A DNA stretch of 49,136 bases from an uncultured Eggerthellaceae bacterium (GTDB lineage: Bacteria; Actinomycetota; Coriobacteriia; Coriobacteriales; Eggerthellaceae): NCBI GenBank assembly GCA_905234635.1, contig CAJOJB010000013.1:1-49136 (forward strand). Direction: 5' to 3'. Below, in pieces: positions 21,901-31,153 of the stretch. Under the pieces are notes generated by a model. It did no database searches and was not told the origin of the DNA. It saw only the letters and a program-made list of their open reading frames with translations. Position 1 is the first letter of the stretch. Each line of letters starts with the position of its first letter. A program made the translations under genes and the position numbers.

Positions 21901-23728
21901 GGCAGCCAAGTTGGTTACCGAGCGCGACGACCTTGACCTTATCCAGCTAAACAGTTTTGGTTGTGGTTTGGACGCGCTTACCACCGACCAGGTCCAGGAA
22001 ATTTTGGAAGCCAGCGGCAAGGTGTACACGCTTATTAAGATTGACGAAGTGTCCAATTTGGGCGCTGTGCGCATCCGCGTGCGTTCGCTGCTTGCCGCCC
22101 TTAAGGATGCTGCAGACGATCGTGCCGAAGCGGAAGCCTTCGCGGCATCGTGCCCCGCAAGCGAAGCAAAGATAGACCAACTTTTGGCCGACGTCGACCG
22201 CCGGGAAGCGGCCATGGCCGACTTCGAAGAACGTCGCGAAGCCAAGACGGGCACCAGTGAAGCCAAGGCCGCAGCAGCCATTGCCCAGGCTAACGTGCGC
22301 AATACCAAGCGCGCGATTGCCAGCACCGAATTCGAACGCGTGGAATTCACCAAGGAAATGAAGGACGCGGGCTACACCATTTTGGCACCGCAGATGGCGC
22401 CGTATCATTTTGAACTGCTGGCACCGGTGTTCCATGCCTATGGCTTCAACTTGGAACTGCTGCCCAGCGTGGACCATGGCGCAGTGGACGCAGGCCTGAA
22501 GTACGTGAATAACGACATTTGCTACCCGTCCATTTTGACCGTGGGTCAGATTATGGAAGCGGTCACGAGCGGCAAGTACGACACCGACCACCTGGCCGTC
22601 ATTATTACGCAGACGGGTGGTGGCTGCCGCGCTACTAATTACATCAGTCTTATTCGCAAGGCACTTAAAGCTGCCGACCTGGCCCACATTCCCGTTATTG
22701 GCCTGGCGCTGCAAGGTCATGTGGACGAAGGCAATTCGGGCTTTAAGGTGACGCCGCCCATGCTCAAGCAGGCCATTTATGCCTTTAGTTATGGCGACTT
22801 GCTTATGACGGCTTTGTACCGCACGCGCCCCTACGAAGTGGAGCCGGGCAGCGCGGAAGCCCTGTTTAACCATTGGATGGACGTGTGCAAAAAGCAGATG
22901 CGCGAAGGCGAAAAGCAGGCGCGCTTCGCCAAAACTGTCCAGGCCATCGTTGAAGACTTCGACACACTGCCGCTGGAAGGTGAAGGTACCAAGCCGCGCG
23001 TGGGTGTTGTGGGTGAAATCCTCGTGAAGTTCCATCCGACGGCCAACAACCAAGTGGTGGACCAGATTGAAGCCGAAGGCTGCGAAGCGGTCGTACCGGG
23101 CCTTATCGAATTCTTCTTGTTCGGCATCGTGGGCCGCATCTTCCAGAAGGATCCGCTCGGTCGTTCGACCAAGGGGGCCATCGGTGCGCGCGCTGCCTTG
23201 AAGTATATCGACCACGTGCGCAAGCCGCTCTACAAGGCCTTGGAGAAGTCGAATCGTTTTGAAGCGCCGACCGACATTTTCACTCTGGGTGCCTACGCCG
23301 AAGAGATTCTTTCGCTGTGCAATTCCATGGGTGAAGGCTGGCTGCTGGTGGCCGAAATGGTCGAGCTCATTTTGCATGGGGCGCCAAACATTGTGTGCGC
23401 CCAGCCCTTTGCGTGCCTGCCGAACCATGTGGTGGGCAAGGCTGTTATCAAGGAACTGCGTCGCAAGTACCCGCAGTCCAATATTGTGGCGGTTGACTAC
23501 GACCCAGGTGCCAGCGAAGTGAACCAGCTTAACCGCATTAAGCTCATGATCGCCGTGGCGAAGGCCAACCTGGCCGAAGCCGAAGAAGCGGCCCGCGCAG
23601 CCCGCACGGCAAGTTATCGCGCCGAACCCGAAACGAAGTCCTGCGGCGCAGTGTTTGACATCGAAGAAGCCTTACTTGCCGAAGACGGCACCGTAACCGA
23701 AGAAGAAAAAGAGCTGGTGTTGGAATGA
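18914..23728 (+). CDS. giant fusion protein: two BadF/BadG/BcrA/BcrD-type activase ATPase modules plus 2-hydroxyacyl-CoA dehydratase-like / DUF2229-like domains
   Basis: Two GIDVGSTT / [15 protein letters not shown]-type ATPase starts, a Cys-rich [11 protein letters not shown]...GNRCEKGE segment, and a long C-terminal HgdB/BcrB-like region. AGGAG lies 8 nt before the ATG at 18914. Confidence 0.85.
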   Translation: MVDEAEQQAQTGEQAQTQEQAHSQHAQDSEQLHIGIDVGSTTVKLAILDDANDIRYSIYQRHHADVRATILEVLKAAGVEYGDRVMTTAITGSGGLLLAQWLGITFVQEVIASKTAVETFIPQTDVAIELGGEDAKIIYFDQGIEQRMNGTCAGGTGAFIDQMAALLDTDASGLDELAAKHEILYPIASRCGVFAKTDVQPLLNEGAKREDIAASIFQAVVTQTISGLACGRPIRGHVAFLGGPLQYLPQLRERFYDSLNLDEDHIIVPENAHLFVAAGCAIAGKVEAKAERLNDIIARLENLGDVEVVRLPALFACQAEYDEFKARHASEEVKKADLASYEGLAYLGIDAGSTTFKTVLVGEDGSLLWSYYTSNKGDVLGTAKRGIKMLYDALPKNVDGTSKVEIGHATVTGYGEGLLLEALRVDSGEIETVAHLRGAEEMLPGVEFILDIGGQDMKCLRVKDGVIDSIMLNEACSSGCGSFIESFAAGLNLDVKDFAATANSADAPVDLGSRCTVFMNSRVKQAQKEGATVGDIAAGLAISVIKNALFKVIKLRDPHEVGNKVIVQGGTFLNDAVLRSFEQLAGVNAVRPDIAGNMGAYGAALLARDRAFRGNLGTEDFVPENRKAGIEGDSGTKSSVPKFPQVKSTLLTADELDALEPTHRTLRCKGCSNSCLLTVNDFGEDPNTGKHRRFITGNRCEKGEALAGGKEAGAAVPNLFEYKAHRLFDYEPLSREDAVRGTVGMPRVLNMFENYPFWFTFFNKLGFRVELSDASTKKTYEAGIESIPSENACYPAKISHGHVMNLLEKDLDFIWMPCAKWERQEDEGAGNHYNCPIVMSYSESLRLNIDELNEPGAPAFLNPFLPYDKKDKLKKRLYAELVEAHPEIMGKYAKAPTQKEIDEAVDLAWAEDEKFKADMRAKGEETLAWIEENQAHGIVLAGRPYHNDPEINHAIPELLTGFGLAVLTEDSVAHLGKLERPIRLIDQWMYHTRLYAAAKLVTERDDLDLIQLNSFGCGLDALTTDQVQEILEASGKVYTLIKIDEVSNLGAVRIRVRSLLAALKDAADDRAEAEAFAASCPASEAKIDQLLADVDRREAAMADFEERREAKTGTSEAKAAAAIAQANVRNTKRAIASTEFERVEFTKEMKDAGYTILAPQMAPYHFELLAPVFHAYGFNLELLPSVDHGAVDAGLKYVNNDICYPSILTVGQIMEAVTSGKYDTDHLAVIITQTGGGCRATNYISLIRKALKAADLAHIPVIGLALQGHVDEGNSGFKVTPPMLKQAIYAFSYGDLLMTALYRTRPYEVEPGSAEALFNHWMDVCKKQMREGEKQARFAKTVQAIVEDFDTLPLEGEGTKPRVGVVGEILVKFHPTANNQVVDQIEAEGCEAVVPGLIEFFLFGIVGRIFQKDPLGRSTKGAIGARAALKYIDHVRKPLYKALEKSNRFEAPTDIFTLGAYAEEILSLCNSMGEGWLLVAEMVELILHGAPNIVCAQPFACLPNHVVGKAVIKELRRKYPQSNIVAVDYDPGASEVNQLNRIKLMIAVAKANLAEAEEAARAARTASYRAEPETKSCGAVFDIEEALLAEDGTVTEEEKELVLE
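20751..20846. repeat. 96-nt palindromic element (34-nt perfect inverted arms, 28-nt loop) inserted in-frame in the giant gene
   Basis: Positions 20751-20784 (gtgggaatttggggacggaggattttgtcccaga) are the exact reverse complement of 20813-20846. 96 nt equals 32 codons. The arm sequence recurs at 39338-39467. Confidence 0.9.
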
Positions 23729-24717
23729 ATGAAGTGCAGCAAAAAGCAAGCTCGATAAACCAGGTTCAAGGCGCCCTTAATGCCTGGGAATTTGGCAGTT
23801 ATGGCATATACCAGGTGGGCGCCGACCTGGGTGGGGAATCGTATCTGTTGGCTACAACCGACGGCACCTACGCTCTGTTTGACACCGGTTTTGCCTTCTG
23901 TGCCGAACAAACCCTCAACAATATTTATGCCATTACGGGTGGCGCCCCGGTGGACTATATCGTGCTTACCCATTCGCATTACGATCACTGTGCGGCGACG
24001 GGCTACTTGCTTAAGTACATGCCCGGTGCCCAGGTGGTTGCCAGCGAGCACGCCGCCTACGTGTTTACGCGGCCAGGCGCCTATAAGACCATGCGCGAAC
24101 TCAATACGAGCCGTGCGAACGAAAAGGGCGCAGCCGACCATTACGTGGATGTCTATGACAATATTCCCGTACACGTGGTGGTAAAAGACGGCGACACCTT
24201 CATGCTAGGCAACATGGAATTCCAGGCCATTTCTGCGGTGGGGCATACGAAGTGCTGCATGGCTTATTGGTGCGCAAGCGAAGGCTTACTTGTGTCTACC
24301 GAAACAGCCGGCGTGCCTTGCGAAAGCATTCCCCAAAGTGTTGCCGTGCCTGACAACGTGCACTATATGATCGACCTTATCGAACTCATTACTTTCCGTG
24401 GCGCCCTCGAACATATTGAACGCCTGCGCGAACTACCCATTCGTGTGTATGTTTCACCGCACTATGGTGTGCTTGCGGGTGCTGAAATTGCCGACATGTG
24501 GGTTTCGGTGGATTTCTGGGCAGATTTTATTCGCGACTTCGTGGTGAGCAGGTACGAACAAGGACAAGCGGTTGAGGAAATCATCGCGGCCTACAAGGAT
24601 ATTTTCTACTGGGGCGGCACGGCGCCGTACCAACCTGAAGCGGCCTTCGACATTAACGTGTCCTACGCAATCCCGACCATCATTCGCGATTATTGTGACG
24701 AGGGGGAAAGCGCCTAG
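23725..24717 (+). CDS. MBL-fold metallo-hydrolase
   Basis: [13 protein letters not shown] (HxHxDH) motif. The start overlaps the stop of the giant gene (ATGA). Confidence 0.85.
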   Translation: MNEVQQKASSINQVQGALNAWEFGSYGIYQVGADLGGESYLLATTDGTYALFDTGFAFCAEQTLNNIYAITGGAPVDYIVLTHSHYDHCAATGYLLKYMPGAQVVASEHAAYVFTRPGAYKTMRELNTSRANEKGAADHYVDVYDNIPVHVVVKDGDTFMLGNMEFQAISAVGHTKCCMAYWCASEGLLVSTETAGVPCESIPQSVAVPDNVHYMIDLIELITFRGALEHIERLRELPIRVYVSPHYGVLAGAEIADMWVSVDFWADFIRDFVVSRYEQGQAVEEIIAAYKDIFYWGGTAPYQPEAAFDINVSYAIPTIIRDYCDEGESA

Positions 24718-24784
24718 CGGCGTCAGAGGCATCGAGCGGTGCCCAAGATGCTCCGTGGTGCTTACTAATATATATGGGTGATAT

Positions 24785-25154
24785 ATGGGTGCATTTTCTG
24801 ACAAAGTGTTCGAAGCGGTGAAGCAGATTCCCCGCGGCTACGTAGCAACCTATGGTGACATCGCGCGTGTTATTGGCAGCCCGCGTTCGGCGCGTTATGT
24901 GGGCTATGCCTTGCGCAAAGAAGGCTACGACGTCGATGTGTTCGACAACGGCGAAGCCGCCTTGTCGGCTGCAGATTTGCGACAACTTTGCCTTTGGCGG
25001 GGTAGACGTGCAGCGCAAAATGCTCCAAGACGAAGGCGTGATGTTTGTTGACGGCATGCACGTGGACATGGACCGCTGCCATTTTGCTTTTGTTGCCGAC
25101 GCCCTTGGTCGCCCGACCAACATCGACTGGGCCGCTGAGTTTGGCGAAGATTAG
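24785..25154 (+). pseudogene. MGMT-family (Atl-like, methylated-DNA-protein-cysteine methyltransferase DNA-binding domain) gene, frameshifted
   Basis: Frame A gives [43 protein letters not shown].... The conserved C-terminal ...[26 protein letters not shown]... is in frame +1 (ORF 24852-25154). The PCHRVV region is shortened or garbled. Confidence 0.65.
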
Positions 25155-25230
25155 CTTTTTTGAACAGCTGGTCTCAAGAAGATTAACCTCAGGAAGATTA
25201 GCTTCAGTTAGCCTCAGGAAGATTAAACTG

Positions 25231-25575
25231 TTAACCGAGAGCGAGCGGCGAATTTCCCGCAAGCATCATGGGGATAATATTGAAGACGATACTAAAGACG
25301 ATGCCCACAACGGCACCAATAATGGCGAACCGCGCTTTTTGGGGGTCCTTTTTCCACCAAATAAGATAAAAAATCAAGCCAATAATGGGAATGAGAAAAC
25401 TGAAAACACCGATGATAATAGAACTCATACGGATGGCCGCTTGGGTGCCCACAGCGTTTCCTGCTTGGAAGGTCTGACCGCCTTCTGCCACCCCGCTATT
25501 CAACGCTGCACCACATGAAGGGCAGGCAGCCAAACCGTCGGGAATAGGTTCTCCGCATGATCCGCATTGAGCCAT
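25231..25575 (-). CDS. zinc-ribbon domain membrane protein
   Basis: MAQCGSCGEPIPDGLAACPSCGA followed by two TM helices. AAAGGAAG lies 5 nt upstream of this ATG; the track start at 25602 is less likely. Confidence 0.7.
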   Translation of the reverse strand: MAQCGSCGEPIPDGLAACPSCGAALNSGVAEGGQTFQAGNAVGTQAAIRMSSIIIGVFSFLIPIIGLIFYLIWWKKDPQKARFAIIGAVVGIVFSIVFNIIPMMLAGNSPLALG

Positions 25576-25933
25576 CGTGCTTCCTTTCTCGTATTTTTGC
25601 ACGCGGGCATTGTATCATGAGTAGTTTTGCCCGCCTGAAGCCAGGTTATTTTGCTTGGTTTATAAATAAAGATAAAGCTCTTAATGTACGGAAACCATAC
25701 TAGGGTAAAACGCTATTTTTTACTGGCTTGGGCCCTCGTCTTTTAGAAGTTTGGCGAAAAACGACAGGTCGTAGGGTCTGTCTTTCTCGACGGAGATGTT
25801 TGGCAAGTGCAGGGGAGGTACAGTTTAGGCGCTTTACGCTTGAAAAAACAACAATTTCCATTTCCGCCTTTTTCCGTACGTTGACCAAATAAATACGCTC
25901 CATTCGGGCAAAGTCTTGTGTATAATGCAACAT

Positions 25934-25969
25934 GGGTTATGGAATTTAGCTTACGAAATTCCATAACCC
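25934..25969. promoter_or_regulatory. perfect 14-8-14 palindrome upstream of lctP, just after a TATAAT
   Basis: gggttatggaattt-agcttacg-aaattccataaccc. TATAAT lies at 25921-25926. No T-tail follows, so it looks more like an operator than a terminator. Confidence 0.4.
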
Positions 25970-26039
25970 AAGCAGTGTTTCAACAAAGTGGTTTGTTGAC
26001 GGTGAATACAACGGGACTAGGTTCAAAAGGAGGATGCCT

Positions 26040-27721
26040 ATGTATGCACTGATCGCTTTTATTCCGCTTGTTGTAGTTGTCGTGTTGATGATTGCATTCA
26101 ACTGGCCAGCTACGCGAGCACTACCCTTGGCGTGGGCGCTGTCGCTCATCATCGCCGGGGTATTTTGGCAGTTAGGTCCTGTTGACATGACCGGCCTAAC
26201 GCTAAGAGGCTTCTTGGACGCCTTCACAACCTTGTTTATCATTTTTGGCGCTATCTTGATTATGAACACGCTTTCCGCGTCTGGCGCCATGAGTGCTATC
26301 AATGGTTTGTTCAAGGGCGTGTCCCAGGACGCTCGTATCTTGGCAATCTTAATCGGCTTCTTGTTCGGTGCCTTTATCGAAGGTGCTGCTGGCTTTGGTA
26401 CGCCGGCTGCATTGGCTGCACCGCTGCTGATTAGCGTTGGCTTCCCGCCGCTAGCTGCCGCAGTTGTAGCTTTGTTTATTCTGTTTTTCACTCTTACTCC
26501 GCGTGCTAAAAAGGTTTTGGAGCCACAGTTAAGGACGCGGTTGTAGATGGTGGCGCGAATCCAGACGCATGGCTGATGGCTCTGACCCAGTGGTCCGCTT
26601 TCAACCTGACCGTTGGTTCGTTCTTTATCCTTATCATCTGCGTTGGCCTTATGTGCAAGGTGTTCGGTCCGAACAAGCGCTTCGGCGACGTTGTTCCTGT
26701 AATCCCGTTCATCATTTTCGTACTCGTTGTATTCAATATCATCTATCTGCTTATTGCTAGCTTCATCGGTCCCGAACTCGTATCCCTGGTTGCTGGTGTT
26801 ATCACCTTGCTCGTTGGCCTGGGTACGGCTCGTGCTGGCTTCCTTCAGCCGAAGGAAATCTGGACCTTTGCAGAAAAGAGCCAGTGGGAAGAATCTTGGC
26901 TGGCCAAGTCTGAAGTTTCGGCACCGAAGGTGTCCGACATGAACATCATTAAGGCTTTCTTGCCTTACTTCATCATTATTCTCGTGCTGGTTGGTACGCG
27001 CGTAAGCCAGAATGTTGGTATGGACTGGGCAAACGCCATGAAGTCCTTCACCATCGGTACTGGCGAAAGCGGTATCATCCTTGGCCAAAACTGGAACTGG
27101 GCTGTTCTGTGGAGCCCCGGTCTGGTCTTCGTGCTCACCGCTCTTATCACGGTTGCCCTTCATGGCATGCAGGGTGGCGAAGTCAAGCAGGCTTGGATTA
27201 ACTCCTTGAAGCAGGTCAAGGGCGCTGCTATCGCCCTGTTCTTCGGCGTTGCTATGGTTAACATCTTCCGTTACACCGGCATGACCAACCCCGACCTCGT
27301 TCTGGTTGACGGTTTGGGCGCTGGCGCTTCCATGCTTACCGTTATGGCTAAGGGTCTGGCCGACCTGTTCCAGGGTGCATACGTCATCGTTGCTCCGCTC
27401 ATCGGTGTACTCGGTGCGTTCATGTCTGGTTCTAACACGGTTTCCAACACCCTGTTTGCTCCGCTGCAGTTTGAAACGGCTACCATGCTTGGCATGTCCC
27501 AGGTTCTCATCGTAGCTCTGCAGAACAACGGTGGTGCAATTGGTAACATGGTTTGCGTGAACAACGTAGTTGCTGCCTGCGCTACGACAGGTACATCTGG
27601 CAACGAAGGTCTTATCATTAAGACCAACGTTTTGCCGATGATCATCTACTGCGTAATCGTTGTGGCAGTTGTTGCGGTGGCGATGGCACTCGGGGTGAAC
27701 CCCGTTCCGCTTGCCGCATAG
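26040..27721 (+). pseudogene. lctP: L-lactate permease (LctP family), reading frame broken around 26480-26575
   Basis: ORF 26034-26546 carries the N-terminal TM helices (...[32 protein letters not shown]). The rest of the permease continues in another frame (...[12 protein letters not shown]...MALTQW..., ORF 26576-27721). The break lies near the run ctaaaaagg. Confidence 0.8.
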
Positions 27722-27756
27722 GGGTCTTAGTTAAGAGAATCCCCAAGTCGCTTAAC

Positions 27757-27788
27757 AGAAGGCCCCGCTCCATTAAGTGGGGCCTTCT
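27757..27788 (+). terminator. hairpin after lctP
   Basis: AGAAGGCCCC-12 nt loop-GGGGCCTTCT, followed by tgtaagg. The U-tract is poor. Confidence 0.45.
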
Positions 27789-27862
27789 TGTAAGGAAGAA
27801 GCTGGGAATAAACTTGTTGCAAATGTATACAAGTACCCACATAATTAATAAGTAGGTAATGC

Positions 27863-27882
27863 GTTCTGTTTGGAAACAGAAC
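27863..27882. promoter_or_regulatory. palindrome GTTCTGTTT-GG-AAACAGAAC about 50 nt upstream of lutA (candidate operator)
   Basis: 9-2-9 perfect inverted repeat located between the lctP terminator and the lutA SD. Confidence 0.4.
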
Positions 27883-27931
27883 AGGTTATTTATCAGACAT
27901 GTCAATTTGGCAAAGGGGAGAAGGAGGATAA

Positions 27932-28678
27932 ATGAAAATTGCGTTTTTCCCTGGGTGCATGGTCGACATGATTTACCCCGAAATTGGTATCGCAGCCGTA
28001 AACGTGCTTGAACGCCTTGGTTGCGATCTGGTGCTGCCCGACGAGCAGGTATGCTGCGGGCAGGGTCTGCTTAATTCGGGTTATCGCGACTATAATATTC
28101 CCGTCGCAAAAATGGTTATCGATGCCTACGACCGTCCCGAATACGACCTTTTCGTTTCGCTGACCGGTTCGTGCATGAACGCGATAATCAATGACTATCC
28201 TATCGTTTTTGAGAAAGAGCCTGCCTATCTGGAACGCACCAAGAAATTGGCCGAGCGTTCTTATGAATTCACGGACTTCATCGTGAATTACCTGGGCAAG
28301 ACAGACCTTGGTGCCAGCTTCCACGACACGGTAACCTTCCACAAGAGCTGCCATGTCACCCGCTTGCTGGGCATTAAGGAACCGCCTCTGAAGCTTCTTG
28401 AAGCCGTAGAAGGCCTAGAATACATTGAGATGGTACACGCCGACCGTTGCTGCGGTTTCGGTGGTACTTTCTCTTTCAAGCAGCCAGAAATTTCCGGCGA
28501 AATCGTCTACGAAAAGTGCCAGACCATTATCGACACTGGTGCAAACGTAGTGGTAGGCGCAGACGTGCCTTGCCTCATGAACATCAAGGGCGGCCTTGAG
28601 CGTATGCGTAGCGACGGTCGTCTGGACCGCGATATCCGCGTAATGCACATTGCTCAGATTCTGGATGCGAGGGAGTAA
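27932..28678 (+). CDS. lutA: lactate utilisation protein A, (Fe-S)-binding CCG-domain oxidoreductase
   Basis: Two CCG-type motifs (VCCGQG and RCCGFGG). GAAGGAGG SD. Confidence 0.9.
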   Translation: MKIAFFPGCMVDMIYPEIGIAAVNVLERLGCDLVLPDEQVCCGQGLLNSGYRDYNIPVAKMVIDAYDRPEYDLFVSLTGSCMNAIINDYPIVFEKEPAYLERTKKLAERSYEFTDFIVNYLGKTDLGASFHDTVTFHKSCHVTRLLGIKEPPLKLLEAVEGLEYIEMVHADRCCGFGGTFSFKQPEISGEIVYEKCQTIIDTGANVVVGADVPCLMNIKGGLERMRSDGRLDRDIRVMHIAQILDARE

Positions 28679-28680
28679 CT

Positions 28681-30162
28681 ATGTCTATTCTTTATCATAC
28701 TGACGTTACCCTGCGCGAACGTGTCGCTGAATGCTTGAAGGACGACTTTAAGCACAACGCCATTAAGACGGCGCAGGAAGTTTTCTACAATAAGCGTGCT
28801 GCGCTTGTTGAAGAAATGGGCGAAGGTTGGGAAGAGCTGCGCTTGCATGCTACCGAAATTCGCAACCACGTTACCGAGAACCTGGACTATTACGTAAAGA
28901 TGTTTGCCGAAAATGCTGAAGCAAACGGCTACATCATGCACTATGCTCCAACCGACCAGGACGCCCTGGCCGAGGTGCTCGACATTTTCGAGAAGACCAA
29001 CTCGACGTCCACGGTAAAGTCCAAGTCCATGATGACTGAAGAAGTGGGCCTGAATGAAGTGCTCGAAGAAGCAGGCTACAAGGTAGTCGAAACCGACTGC
29101 GCTGAATGCATTCTGCAGAAGGCCGAATCTAAGCCTTCGCACATTGTTGTGCCGGCTCTCCACTTCAACCGCGACGCAATCCGCGACATCTTTACTGAAA
29201 AGTGCGGCTATGAAGGCACTTCGGTTCCTGAAGAACTGACGCACTTCCTGCGCAGGTATCTGCGTACCGAATTCTTGAACGCCGATGTTGGTATTCGTGG
29301 CTGCAACTTTGCGGTTGCTTCTACGGGTTCCCCAACGCTTATTACCAACGAAGGTAATGGCCGCATGGTTGACTCGGTGCCTAAGGTACAGATCATCTTT
29401 GTGGGTATCGACCGTATCGTGCCCGACCTGCAGTCCCTCGACACCATGGAAGCCCTGGTGCCGCGTAGTGCTGTAGGCTCCAAGATGACGGCTTACTTCA
29501 GCGTAGACAGCGGCCCGCGTCGTTCTGACGAAGTTGACGGTCCGGTTGAAGCTCACATCATCCTTATGGACAATGGTCGTTCTCGTATTCTTAAGACCGA
29601 CTTCGAGCCTATGTTCCGTTGCATGCGCTGCGGTGCCTGCCTGAACATTTGCCCCGTTTACAGGCATATTACTGGCCATGGTTACGGCTCCATTTATCCG
29701 GGCCCCATGGGTGTTGTTATGACTGCAAACATGGTTGGCTACGACAAGATCGACACCATGACCTTTGCCTGCACGCTTTGTGGAGCATGCGCCGAACATT
29801 GCCCGGCTACCATTCCGCTGCATGACCTTATTCGTCAGCATCGTATTAACATTGTGGACCAGGGCAAGAACCATTCCGAAGAAGTGCCTGTCTTCAAGCT
29901 GCTGAAGAAGATGTGGTCAAGCGTTGGCTTCTACAAGTTTGCCATGGGCGCTGGTGCCCCTGTTATGGGTCTGTTTACCAACAACAAGGGCGCTCTCGAC
30001 GCGAAGAGCACCTGGATGCCTGTGGTTAAGGGCTGGACATCCACGCGTGACTTCGACGGTCTTTCGAAGGACCGCTTCCGCACGTGGTTCAAGAACCACA
30101 AGCCACTTGCTGCGGAAGCTCCCGTACAGAAAACTGAAGGCACCGAAGGTGGTGGTGAATAA
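28681..30162 (+). CDS. lutB: lactate utilisation protein B, 4Fe-4S cluster-binding
   Basis: CMRCGACLNICP and CTLCGACAEHCP ferredoxin motifs plus a LUD domain. Confidence 0.9.
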   Translation: MSILYHTDVTLRERVAECLKDDFKHNAIKTAQEVFYNKRAALVEEMGEGWEELRLHATEIRNHVTENLDYYVKMFAENAEANGYIMHYAPTDQDALAEVLDIFEKTNSTSTVKSKSMMTEEVGLNEVLEEAGYKVVETDCAECILQKAESKPSHIVVPALHFNRDAIRDIFTEKCGYEGTSVPEELTHFLRRYLRTEFLNADVGIRGCNFAVASTGSPTLITNEGNGRMVDSVPKVQIIFVGIDRIVPDLQSLDTMEALVPRSAVGSKMTAYFSVDSGPRRSDEVDGPVEAHIILMDNGRSRILKTDFEPMFRCMRCGACLNICPVYRHITGHGYGSIYPGPMGVVMTANMVGYDKIDTMTFACTLCGACAEHCPATIPLHDLIRQHRINIVDQGKNHSEEVPVFKLLKKMWSSVGFYKFAMGAGAPVMGLFTNNKGALDAKSTWMPVVKGWTSTRDFDGLSKDRFRTWFKNHKPLAAEAPVQKTEGTEGGGE

Positions 30163-30878
30163 TGGCTTTGGGTAACAAAACACTTCAGGACCTGCTCGAC
30201 CCCATTTCTAAGCAGATGGGTCATACGGCTATTGCCGAAAAAGTCGAACTTCCCGAATGGCAGCATAAGCCCTGGCGTTGTACCGACGGCATGAACCAGG
30301 AACAGCTCGTAGACAAGTTCATCGAAGAAGCTGGCAAGATTGGCATTACGGTGGTGCGCACTCCTGCGGCCGACATTGCCAAGGCAGTAGCTGGCATCAT
30401 TGAAGAAGGCGTGCCAGAGGCACCTGCCAGCTGCACGGTTGTGGCAGCTAACGACGAGCGTTTTGCAGCTTCGGGTCTCTATGACACCGTAAGTGGTCTG
30501 GGTAATGTTTCCGAACTGACCATTTGGGACAGTGCCAAGGGTCAGGCCAACGCTGACGCTGCTGAAGCGGCAGCTTATGGCATTACCTATGCTGTGGCTG
30601 GCATTGCTGAAACGGCTACCATCGTGCAGCCGAGTGACGCTAACTGCGGCCGTACGACCAGCCTGCTGCCCCTGGTGCACATTGCTCTTGTCGACGCAGC
30701 TACCATTAAGCCCATCATGCTTGATGTTCTGAAGGACCTTGAAGCACAGGTTCAAGAAGGCCCACTTTCTTCTTCCATCTGCTTCATCAGCGGCCCTTCG
30801 GCTACGGCCGACATCGAACTGGTGCGCGTACAGGGTGTTCATGGCCCCATGTACATCTACTACGTGCTGGTTGACTAA
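30162..30878 (+). CDS. lutC: lactate utilisation protein C (LUD domain)
   Basis: Size, position after lutB with an overlapping TAATG, and ...SGPSATADIE... typical of LutC/YkgG. Confidence 0.85.
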   Translation: MALGNKTLQDLLDPISKQMGHTAIAEKVELPEWQHKPWRCTDGMNQEQLVDKFIEEAGKIGITVVRTPAADIAKAVAGIIEEGVPEAPASCTVVAANDERFAASGLYDTVSGLGNVSELTIWDSAKGQANADAAEAAAYGITYAVAGIAETATIVQPSDANCGRTTSLLPLVHIALVDAATIKPIMLDVLKDLEAQVQEGPLSSSICFISGPSATADIELVRVQGVHGPMYIYYVLVD

Positions 30879-30905
30879 AACTCTTTGGCTTTTAGCTAGA
30901 GTAGT

Positions 30906-30936
30906 AAATAAGGACCCTTCGGGGTCCTTATTTATT
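30906..30936 (+). terminator. rho-independent terminator after lutC
   Basis: AAATAAGGACCC-ttcg-GGGTCCTTATTT forms a 12-bp stem, followed by attg. Confidence 0.7.
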
Positions 30937-31048
30937 GTGCGTATTCTGAGGGAAAGCCAGTCCTTTCCCTGTTAAGGCGCTTTAAGAATTGTATTAAACT
31001 GTCATGCATTAGATAAAAATGTCGGACCGAATCTAAGTGTGGGCAAAA

Positions 31049-31144
31049 GTATGCCTGGCCGAAAGTGAGTGAAGGCAGAGGTATGCCTGGCCGAAAGTGA
31101 GTGAAGGCAGAGGTATGCCTGGTCGAATTTGAGTACAGGCCGAA
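31049..31144. repeat. 32-bp tandem repeat, two identical units plus one degenerate unit, abutting the MFS start
   Basis: gtatgcctggccgaaagtgagtgaaggcagag occurs at 31049-31080 and 31081-31112. A degenerate third unit at 31113-31144 contains the GAAGGAGG SD of the MFS gene. Confidence 0.85.
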
Positions 31145-31153
31145 GGAGGGAAA

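Noticed and set aside
25147-25225. Four copies of GAAGATTA (two as CCTCAGGAAGATTA) in the convergent spacer between the MGMT-like gene and the zinc-ribbon gene.
   Set aside because: The motif is short, with irregular spacing and no associated structure or gene. It could be chance or a slippage remnant.
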